Shown here piece after piece: positions 7,536 through 14,094 of a stretch of DNA of 14,094 bases (its first letter is position 1; the number at the start of each line of letters is the position of its first letter). The notes beneath the pieces are model-generated. The model was not told the DNA's origin. It was given only the letters and a program-made list of their open reading frames with translations, and searched no databases. Position numbers and translations under genes: made by a program. This stretch comes from Planctomycetota bacterium (GTDB lineage: Bacteria > Planctomycetota > UBA8108 > UBA1146). The DNA lies in the NCBI GenBank assembly GCA_036338595.1, contig JAYZBV010000106.1:1-14094 (forward strand), read 5' to 3'.

Positions 7536-8255
7536 TTAGAACAGTCCCGAACTGAAATTGTCATCAGGGGGAGGCATCGTCTGCTTCGAATCATCATCCT
7601 CGGACGAGTCTCGCTCTGAATCGTCCTCATTCTGCTCCTCCTTGCCGAGAAAACTGGCTTCGGAAGATTCGGCTTCGGAAGATTCGACTTCGACATTGGA
7701 CTGGTCATCGGATTCGTCTGCGGATTCGTCATTGGAATCACCACCGACCGACGCCGCTTCACCCCGATCCGGGTCGTGAGCGGGCCCCCTCACCGGTTTT
7801 CCAGGCGCACGCCGCCCTTCTGGTTCTTCAGTTGCGCTGGCAAGTACTGGTTCGCGCCCTCGAGGACGACTTTCCTGGCCATCCATTTCATCCAGATGGC
7901 GCTCGTAGGCGTCCAGCACCTCCTCCTGGATCACCTCCCTGAAGGAGGTCAGGATCGGATGTGCGATGTCTGCGTGGAGTTTCGTGCGTCCCTGCTCGAC
8001 CTCGTCGGAAAGCGCGCGCGGAATCGCAGTTCCACACTCGTTGCAATACTGACTGCGCACCACATTCTTGTAATGGCACCGGGAACAACGGATCGTCAGT
8101 TTGCGACTGGGCATGGCGATGAAGAGACCCTTGTTCCCCTCGATGAGGCGGATATCCCTGACCACGAAGCAATCATCGAAAGTGACGCTACAGAATGCTC
8201 TCAATTTGTCATCTCGGCCACCAACAGGACTGATGCGTACCTCGGTGATGTCCAT
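7536..8255 (-). CDS. spoVG: SpoVG-family nucleic-acid-binding protein with Zn-ribbon insert and acidic C-terminal tail (~239 aa)
   Basis: MDITEVRI...KLRAFCSVTFDDCFVVRDIRLIEGNKGLFIAMPSRK...HADIAHPI...REVIQEEVLDAY is the SpoVG signature. AGAGGAG RBS precedes ATG 8255. It lies downstream of ispE, a known neighbourhood for spoVG. Confidence 0.93.
   Translation of the reverse strand: MDITEVRISPVGGRDDKLRAFCSVTFDDCFVVRDIRLIEGNKGLFIAMPSRKLTIRCSRCHYKNVVRSQYCNECGTAIPRALSDEVEQGRTKLHADIAHPILTSFREVIQEEVLDAYERHLDEMDGQESRPRGREPVLASATEEPEGRRAPGKPVRGPAHDPDRGEAASVGGDSNDESADESDDQSNVEVESSEAESSEASFLGKEEQNEDDSERDSSEDDDSKQTMPPPDDNFSSGLF
7656..7739. repeat. Short tandem repeats in the SpoVG acidic tail (2 exact 15-bp copies; 3 degenerate 12-bp copies)
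   Basis: ggcttcggaagattc x2 at 7656-7685 (ESSEA repeats). gtcatcggattc / gtctgcggattc / gtcattggaatc at 7704-7739 (DSND-ESAD-ESDD). Confidence 0.8.
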
Positions 8256-8308
8256 CGGATGTTCTCCTCTCGCTCGGCCAATCTCGAAAGCAACGTCTAC
8301 AGCTCCGC

Positions 8309-9256
8309 TCAACTGGAAGCGGGACTCCACAACTGAGCCTCGAGGACCATTCGAGCCGCGGATCCAGTAGCCTTCAGGTCGGCGCTGAACTCCTCCAGAC
8401 GCGACCGCAGCAACTGCACCTCTTCCTTCGCCACTCCCTGATCGGGTGCTGCGATGATGAAGCAGGATCCACTGCCGGTCATCGTCCAGCGACCGGGGTG
8501 CCACCGGTCCAGGAAGTTGGCCACCTCATGGAGCGCAGGTTCGATCCTCCGAACCCCGTCAAGAAGCCGATTGTGAAGGGATCCAACCCAGACGGACTTC
8601 TCCATGAAATCGCACTCCCTGAAATTGCGATGGGAATCACCGGAAGTCAAGTGTTCACTCAGAGATGCGTAGGCAGCAGTGGTGTCGACACCGATCTCAG
8701 GAACCCACAAGATGAAATGGGCCTGATCTCCGCCCAGAAACGGCTGCGGTGCATCGTGTAACTGCTCTCCCCGACCGGTCGCAAATGCCGAACCCGAGCC
8801 GAGAAAGAAGCACACATCTGAACCCAGCAGTGCCGCCTGCCGCTTCAATTCATCGCGTCCGCCAGGCGCCTCGAACAGTTCATCGAGAAGCACCAGCATC
8901 GCTGCGGCATCGCTGCTACCGCCGCCGAGACCTGCTCGGGATGGGATGTTCTTGGTCAACTGGATGGCCAGGGATGGAATCGATCGGCTCTGGCGGGCCA
9001 GCTGGAGCGCCTGCATCACCAGATTCTCGTCGTTGCTGGGCGCTCCATCCCCCAGCACCTCGAGGCTGTCCCGATCGCCCTCGACCCGGACATTCAAGCG
9101 GTCGAACAAGGTGATGGGAGCCATCAGCGTCTCGACCTCATGGAATCCATCGGTTCGCCGCTTCAGCACCTCCAGCCACAGGTTGATCTTGGCCGGCGCA
9201 GATGCGCTCGCGAACCCGGCCTCGACTTGCCGTTTGATCAGCGGATAACAGTTCAC
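8309..9256 (-). CDS. ispE: 4-diphosphocytidyl-2-C-methyl-D-erythritol kinase
   Basis: APAKINLWLEV..RRTDGFHEVET, KNIP..AGLGGGSSDAAA, LGSDVCFFL, ATGRGE and MTGSGS motifs. Start placed at GTG 9256, overlapping the panC stop (GTGA). Confidence 0.95.
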   Translation of the reverse strand: MNCYPLIKRQVEAGFASASAPAKINLWLEVLKRRTDGFHEVETLMAPITLFDRLNVRVEGDRDSLEVLGDGAPSNDENLVMQALQLARQSRSIPSLAIQLTKNIPSRAGLGGGSSDAAAMLVLLDELFEAPGGRDELKRQAALLGSDVCFFLGSGSAFATGRGEQLHDAPQPFLGGDQAHFILWVPEIGVDTTAAYASLSEHLTSGDSHRNFRECDFMEKSVWVGSLHNRLLDGVRRIEPALHEVANFLDRWHPGRWTMTGSGSCFIIAAPDQGVAKEEVQLLRSRLEEFSADLKATGSAARMVLEAQLWSPASS

Positions 9257-10128
9257 CTCGGCTCCAGCTGGATATTGTCGATCAATCGAACACCGTGCAC
9301 CTTCGCTGCCAGGCAAACCACGGCTCCCAGCTGTGGATCAATCACTTCCAGCGACCTCAGATCGTCGCGATCGACCACCTCGAAGTAGTCCAGTTCCACC
9401 TCGCGAGAGAGTTCCTTGAGCGCACATTCGCGAATCTGCTGCACAGAATCGAGCCCTGACCGCCACTGCTGGTCAGCGGCAGACAGAGCACGGGAGAGGG
9501 AAAGCGCCTGCTCGCGAGCTGCTGCATCGAGATGGATATTTCGACTCGAGAGGGCGAGCCCATCCGGTTCTCGGATCAGTGGACACGGCACCACTTCAAG
9601 ATCGAGATCGAGATCACGCACCATGCGTTCGATGATGACTCTCTGCTGATAATCCTTGTCTCCGAAGTAGGCACGAGCCGGCCGGAAAATGTGAAACAGC
9701 TTCAGCACGATGAGGCAAACTCCACCAAAGAAGTGGGGTCGTGAAGCTCCGCATAATCGCTGCGCCAGCTGCGGCAGTTCGATTTGAGTCGAGAATCCGT
9801 CAGGATACAGTTCCTGACGATCTCCGATCCATACCAGATCCACACCCACTTCACGCGCCGCTTCAAGATCCTGTTCCACCGTCTGGGGATAACTCTCGAG
9901 GTCCTCTCCAGGCGCAAACTGTGCCGGGTTGACGAAGATGGTCAGTGCCACCTGATCGCACTCTGCACGGGCACGTCGGATCAAACTGAGATGCCCCTCA
10001 TGAAGGGCTCCCATCGTCGGCACCAGACCGATCCGCTGATCACCCTGCAGTTCTCGGTGCCAGCGTCGCACCGCTTCGATGCCGGGGATGCCTGTGTCTG
10101 CAGTAGCACTACTGGATACGATCTTCAC
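9253..10128 (-). CDS. panC: Pantoate--beta-alanine ligase
   Basis: GLVPTMGALHEGHLSL, IFVNPAQF, RPHFFGGV, FGDKDYQQ, REPDGLALSSRN and VRLIDN motifs. GTGA overlap with the folK stop. Confidence 0.97.
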   Translation of the reverse strand: MKIVSSSATADTGIPGIEAVRRWHRELQGDQRIGLVPTMGALHEGHLSLIRRARAECDQVALTIFVNPAQFAPGEDLESYPQTVEQDLEAAREVGVDLVWIGDRQELYPDGFSTQIELPQLAQRLCGASRPHFFGGVCLIVLKLFHIFRPARAYFGDKDYQQRVIIERMVRDLDLDLEVVPCPLIREPDGLALSSRNIHLDAAAREQALSLSRALSAADQQWRSGLDSVQQIRECALKELSREVELDYFEVVDRDDLRSLEVIDPQLGAVVCLAAKVHGVRLIDNIQLEPR

Positions 10129-10610
10129 CGGCTTGGCTCCTCCAGTTGATGATTCAGAAGCTGGTCCAGCAGTTGCTGCACCGTCTCCTGGCCCGGCGGA
10201 ATCACGAACTCTGGTTCCAGTTTAGCCCATGGAGATAGCACGAACATACGCTCTCTGATCCTCGGGTGCGGAAGATCCAGTGCCGGTTGCTGCAGTTGAA
10301 GCGTGCCGAGTGTAAGAATGTCGATATCGATGATTCTCGGTCCCCAGCGTTCTCCCCCTTCTCTGCCGAGCAGCCGCTCCCCCTCCTGGCATCGATCGAG
10401 CAATTCCAGCGGATCCTGAAAACGGCTGATACCGCGCACCACCTGGTTGAGGTAAGGCCCCTGTGGCGGCCCGATGGCGACGGTTTCCTCGACGGGAGAA
10501 ACCTCCATCTCTTGCATCAAGGTGGTGGCGATCCATTCCCTGGCATCGGCGAGATGGCCCTCGCGATCACCGATGTTTGACCCGAGTGCCAGCCTGAGGT
10601 CCGGTGACAT
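10125..10610 (-). CDS. folK: 2-amino-4-hydroxy-6-hydroxymethyldihydropteridine diphosphokinase
   Basis: LALGSNIGDR, YLNQV, RWGPRIIDIDIL and LPHPRIRERMFVL motifs. ATG 10610 sits 1 nt after the pssA stop. Confidence 0.96.
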   Translation of the reverse strand: MSPDLRLALGSNIGDREGHLADAREWIATTLMQEMEVSPVEETVAIGPPQGPYLNQVVRGISRFQDPLELLDRCQEGERLLGREGGERWGPRIIDIDILTLGTLQLQQPALDLPHPRIRERMFVLSPWAKLEPEFVIPPGQETVQQLLDQLLNHQLEEPSR

Positions 10611-10611
10611 T

Positions 10612-11484
10612 TCACACCTCGTCAAGATCGGGAGCAGGTTGCCCCTTCGAGCGCCTCAACGGAGATGTGATCCAGGCAAAGGCGGGCCATGATGCATATC
10701 CAAAGAAGATGATGCAGAGCATCGGTTCCTTGAAAAAGACCATCAGAGCGGTTCCAAATACGAGGCTTGAAAAGCGGTCGAAATGCATCCCCTGCCCGAA
10801 CATCTGGCTGGCGACATGAGGGTAGGTGACACGATTCGAGACCATCAGATAGCCGAGCAAGAAGCAACAGATCGGCAGGAACTGGGGGATCATGGCGATG
10901 GTGTCATCGAGACCAGCAGGCTTCTCTCCGACAAAGAACTCGAGGTACCAGGCGGTCCAGTCTCCGAGCGTGAAGTAGATCAGTACCAGGCTCACGATCA
11001 CACCCGCTGCCCCCGGAGTAGGCATGCCGTCAAAGGCCAGATGATCCTCGGTTTCATGCCCGTCTCTGACCGAGTTGAAGCGTGCCAGGCGAAGCAGTGC
11101 TCCCAGGAAGTATGCGAGGCAGAAGACCCACATCAGCCGATCGAGTGGATTCCCCGATTCGACACTGTGATGGAAGAGTGCCAGGGTCAATCCCGCTGGC
11201 GCGAGTCCAAAGGTAACGAGGTCGGCGAGTGAATCCAGTTGCGCGCCCAGAGTGGTGCCGCCCCCGGTCGCCCTGGCCACCTTGCCGTCGAAGACATCAA
11301 AGAGCATCCCTGCCAGGATGAACCAGGCGGCCTGATGCAGCCTGACCACCAGCAGTTGCTCTTCACCACCCTCGAGGCTACCGGCGATGAGAGTCAGTGC
11401 GATGAATCCGCATACTGCATTACAGAGGGTGATGAAGTTGGGAATCACGGCGATGAGTCGTGGCGTTTCGCTAGTTCCAGTCAC
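10612..11484 (-). CDS. pssA: CDP-diacylglycerol--serine O-phosphatidyltransferase (CDP-alcohol phosphotransferase family)
   Basis: IPNFITLCNAVCGF, the CDP-alcohol motif DVFDGKVARAT...GAQLDSLADLVTFGLAP, RLARFN and FDGMPTP. It is adjacent to psd. The GTG start at 11484 is inferred. Confidence 0.9.
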   Translation of the reverse strand: MTGTSETPRLIAVIPNFITLCNAVCGFIALTLIAGSLEGGEEQLLVVRLHQAAWFILAGMLFDVFDGKVARATGGGTTLGAQLDSLADLVTFGLAPAGLTLALFHHSVESGNPLDRLMWVFCLAYFLGALLRLARFNSVRDGHETEDHLAFDGMPTPGAAGVIVSLVLIYFTLGDWTAWYLEFFVGEKPAGLDDTIAMIPQFLPICCFLLGYLMVSNRVTYPHVASQMFGQGMHFDRFSSLVFGTALMVFFKEPMLCIIFFGYASWPAFAWITSPLRRSKGQPAPDLDEV

Positions 11485-12190
11485 CGAGCACCGTCTTTCC
11501 ACCCTGGACCTTTTGACCCGGCACCACGGCTGAGCGGAAGGGAACTCCATCCCGAGCTGGGATGACAATCTCGGTCTGAGATCCGAACCGGATCATGCCA
11601 AAATCGAAGCCGCGCTCGATCGGGTCTCCCGCCTGGAGCGGGCACACGATCCGGCGAGCGATGAGCCCGGCGATCTGCCGCACCAGGATCTTCAATCCGT
11701 CCGTTGAGCGGATCCCGATCTCCTGACGCTCATTGACCTCCCGTGCGCTGGCCTGGGTCGCACTCTTGAAACTGCCGTCGACATGCCTCAGGTGTTCCAC
11801 CACTCCGTCGACCGGCGAGCGATTGACATGGACGTTGAAGACCGACAGGAAGATCTGGATCCTCACCGCTGGCCCCTCGACATAGCTCTCATCTTGAACC
11901 TCTTCGACGGCGATGATCTTGCCGTCAGCGGGGCACACCGGCTGATGGCCGGACGGTGGAATACGAACCGGATTGCGGAAAAAGGAGAGCACGAAGAGCC
12001 ACAGCAGCATTCCCAGGATCGGTGCCGTGATTCGCAAGATGGGGTTGTCGACTCCGATGGCGATGGCTCCCGTCACCACCAGCAGCAGCAACGTGGCCCA
12101 TTGAACCACCGGTGTGCCATGGCGAGTGAGTCGGTTGCCCAGCAACCCCCCGCTGGTCGTTGCCGGGGCAGTGGTCGTCATCGTGGACAT
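11471..12190 (-). CDS. psd: Phosphatidylserine decarboxylase proenzyme (short PSD-A type, ~239 aa)
   Basis: [43 protein letters not shown] and GMIRFGS (pyruvoyl cleavage site). GAGAGGA RBS precedes ATG 12190. The track's longer N-terminus lies antisense to eno. Confidence 0.95.
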   Translation of the reverse strand: MSTMTTTAPATTSGGLLGNRLTRHGTPVVQWATLLLLVVTGAIAIGVDNPILRITAPILGMLLWLFVLSFFRNPVRIPPSGHQPVCPADGKIIAVEEVQDESYVEGPAVRIQIFLSVFNVHVNRSPVDGVVEHLRHVDGSFKSATQASAREVNERQEIGIRSTDGLKILVRQIAGLIARRIVCPLQAGDPIERGFDFGMIRFGSQTEIVIPARDGVPFRSAVVPGQKVQGGKTVLGDWN

Positions 12191-12206
12191 GGTTCCTCTC
12201 GATCGG

Positions 12207-12236
12207 TTGACACCGGTCCCCTGTGCGCCGGACAAT
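12207..12236 (+). promoter_or_regulatory. Putative sigma70-type promoter for eno
   Basis: Perfect TTGACA (12207-12212), 18-nt spacer, GACAAT (12231-12236; 4/6 match to TATAAT) in the psd/eno divergent intergenic region. Confidence 0.5.
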
Positions 12237-12317
12237 CGGATTGCAGTCTCTGGGGTCATCGTGAGCGATCTGACCAGCAGAGGCAACTGTATCGACCATC
12301 GCGGGAAGGGAGATCTG

Positions 12318-13586
12318 ATGACAGCGATCCGGCAGATTGAGGGCCGAATGGTGCTCGATAGCCGCGGTTTTCCGACCCTGGAGGGGGAATGCGTGCTCGA
12401 GGACGGCAGCCGCGGCCTCGCCATGGTGCCCTCCGGAGCCTCCACGGGAGAAGCGGAAGCACTCGAACTCAGGGACGGAGGAAGCGACTGGGGCGGCAAG
12501 GGCGTCGAGAAGGCTCTCAGCAACCTTCGTGGAGAGATCTCGGATCTACTGCTGGGCTGCGATGCGCTGGACCAGCAGGCGATCGATCAACGGCTGTGCG
12601 AGGCGGATGGAACCGCCAACAAGTCCAGATTCGGTGCCAACGCAACCCTCGCCATCTCGATGGCCGTGTGCAGGGCTGCTGCGCGGTCGAGAGGGCTGCC
12701 GCTCTATCGCCACATCGCCTCGGACGAATCGCCACGGCTACCGATCCCTCTGATGAATGTGATCAACGGTGGAGCTCATGCCGACAACGCAGTGGATGTC
12801 CAGGAGTTCATGCTCGCCCCTGTTGGGTTTGACGACTTCCCGACAGCGCTGCGTGCCGGAGTCGAGGTCTATCATCTGCTCAAGAAGCGTCTCAAGACTA
12901 AAAACCTCGTCACCGCAGTGGGAGATGAAGGCGGATTCGCTCCCGACTTCGCCAGCGATGAACTGGTACTCGAGGAACTGGTCACATCGATTCAGGAAGC
13001 AGGGTACACCGTTGGCAAGGATCAGCAGTTCAGTCTTGCGCTGGATGTTGCAGCGAGTGAACTGTACGGAGACGGTCATTATCGCCTCGGTTCCCATCCA
13101 GAGCCGCTCTCCTCGGAACAGATGATCGATCACTGGGCGATGCTGTGTGATCGGTTCCCCCTCACCAGCATCGAGGATGGTCTCGATGAAGAGGACTGGA
13201 GCGGCTGGAAATCGATGACCTCCAGACTCTCCGGGGTCAGACTGGTCGGCGATGACCTGTTTGCAACAAATCCTGAGCGGATCACTCGCGGAGTTGAAGA
13301 AGGATCTGCCAACGCATTACTCGTGAAACTGAATCAGATCGGAACCGTTTCAGAGACCCTTCGCGCCATCCAGATCGCCTCCGATGCGGGCTTCAGAATC
13401 ATCATCTCGCACCGCTCGGGCGAGACCGAAGACGACTTCATCGCTGACCTTGCCGTCGCCACCGGGGCTGGCTGGATAAAAACAGGCGCCCCCTGTAGAT
13501 CGGAACGAAACGCCAAGTACAACCGCCTGCTGCGCATCCATACGGAACTGGGAGACTCGGCACCGATCGGACCCTTGAAGTTCTGA
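12318..13586 (+). CDS. eno: Enolase (phosphopyruvate hydratase), ~422 aa
   Basis: [65 protein letters not shown] and [12 protein letters not shown] motifs. GGGAG RBS precedes ATG 12318. Confidence 0.98.
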   Translation: MTAIRQIEGRMVLDSRGFPTLEGECVLEDGSRGLAMVPSGASTGEAEALELRDGGSDWGGKGVEKALSNLRGEISDLLLGCDALDQQAIDQRLCEADGTANKSRFGANATLAISMAVCRAAARSRGLPLYRHIASDESPRLPIPLMNVINGGAHADNAVDVQEFMLAPVGFDDFPTALRAGVEVYHLLKKRLKTKNLVTAVGDEGGFAPDFASDELVLEELVTSIQEAGYTVGKDQQFSLALDVAASELYGDGHYRLGSHPEPLSSEQMIDHWAMLCDRFPLTSIEDGLDEEDWSGWKSMTSRLSGVRLVGDDLFATNPERITRGVEEGSANALLVKLNQIGTVSETLRAIQIASDAGFRIIISHRSGETEDDFIADLAVATGAGWIKTGAPCRSERNAKYNRLLRIHTELGDSAPIGPLKF

Positions 13587-13674
13587 GTCAAAATTGTTCC
13601 AATCGATTCACCCGGTCGCCGCGGGATGTGAACTGCGTGAAATCATCGCGTTCGTTGGGAGTACCAGCTCGACC

Positions 13675-14043
13675 ATGATCCAGATGATCATCGGAGGTCC
13701 ACTGAAGCGGGCCTTTTTCAGCGCGTGCGATTTTTTTCGTCTCAGCACGCCCCAGTTCACGATCCTTCTCGTCGGCATCTCGATGTGCGTCGTTTCCTCG
13801 GTCCACATCCCCAGGCGAGAGCAAAATCAGCAGCTGGAAGCCCACCTATCGATGCTGCACTCCCAGGAGGCGCTGCTTCAAATTCGCCTGGATGAGGTCC
13901 AACGGCAGCGTCTGGCTCTCGATGGCAACCCCTTCTACCGAGCGGAGTCCCTGCGCAGGTTGACAGGACAGAACCTCAGCGGAGAAATAACCCTGCGCGA
14001 ATTGCTCAGCAACAGGACGGCGACATCGGCCCCGACACGCTGA
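13675..14043 (+). CDS. FtsB/DivIC-like septum formation initiator family protein (divergent)
   Basis: One hydrophobic segment (FTILLVGISMCVVSSV), then a heptad-like coiled coil and LDGNPFYRAESLRRLTGQNLSGE, which resembles the FtsB C-terminal DPxYIExxARxxLGxxxxGE pattern. It lies directly after eno, the classic ftsB position. Start is uncertain (13594, 13675 or 13684). Confidence 0.6.
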   Translation: MIQMIIGGPLKRAFFSACDFFRLSTPQFTILLVGISMCVVSSVHIPRREQNQQLEAHLSMLHSQEALLQIRLDEVQRQRLALDGNPFYRAESLRRLTGQNLSGEITLRELLSNRTATSAPTR

Positions 14044-14094
14044 CCGGACACGGTCCACACCGGCGGCGACAAAACCAGCCACACTGGAACCGCC

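Noticed and set aside
7191..7739. Short tandem repeats considered as CRISPR-like or mobile-element repeats
   Set aside because: They are in-frame coding repeats with no spacers, and there are no cas or transposase genes in the window.
8256..8504. 83-aa N-terminal extension of SpoVG in the track
   Set aside because: It overlaps ispE in another frame. The SpoVG fold and a strong RBS begin at 8255.
3755..12190. Idea that asparaginase, Psd (a pyruvoyl decarboxylase) and PanC form an Asn-to-Asp-to-beta-alanine route replacing PanD
   Set aside because: Psd has standard phosphatidylserine decarboxylase motifs, a membrane anchor and its normal partner pssA. Nothing in the sequence supports aspartate decarboxylase activity.
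12114..12523. Apparent 410-bp head-to-head overlap of the psd and eno ORFs in the track
   Set aside because: Artefact of longest-ORF calling. RBS- and homology-supported starts are 12190 (psd) and 12318 (eno), leaving a 127-nt divergent intergenic region.
12318..13586. Enolase motif variants DSRGFPT (usually N) and WIKTG (usually Q)
   Set aside because: The catalytic and metal-binding motifs are otherwise intact, so this is probably ordinary divergence.

Overview
This is a GC-rich, almost fully coding housekeeping region. It is probably from a Planctomycetota bacterium, inferred from a zinc-ribbon SpoVG, a small CxxC...CxxC protein and a secreted HEAT-like repeat protein, not from a database search. 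On the left minus strand, a glutaredoxin-like redoxin is translationally coupled to a large DsbD-family disulfide reductase. The DsbD gene runs off the left edge, is missing from the ORF track, and carries two tandem N-terminal alpha domains. Next come kdsA and a small Zn-binding protein (+), then a long minus-strand run psd-pssA-folK-panC-ispE-spoVG-HEAT-like protein-L-asparaginase II. Divergent from psd are eno and an FtsB/DivIC-like gene (+). I saw no RNA genes, CRISPR arrays or mobile elements, and I cannot support a clearly new multi-gene system. The best leads are the redoxin plus double-alpha DsbD module, a KdsA with Asp at the Cys/Asn metal-determinant position, the extended SpoVG, and an FtsB-like gene in a lineage generally lacking FtsZ.
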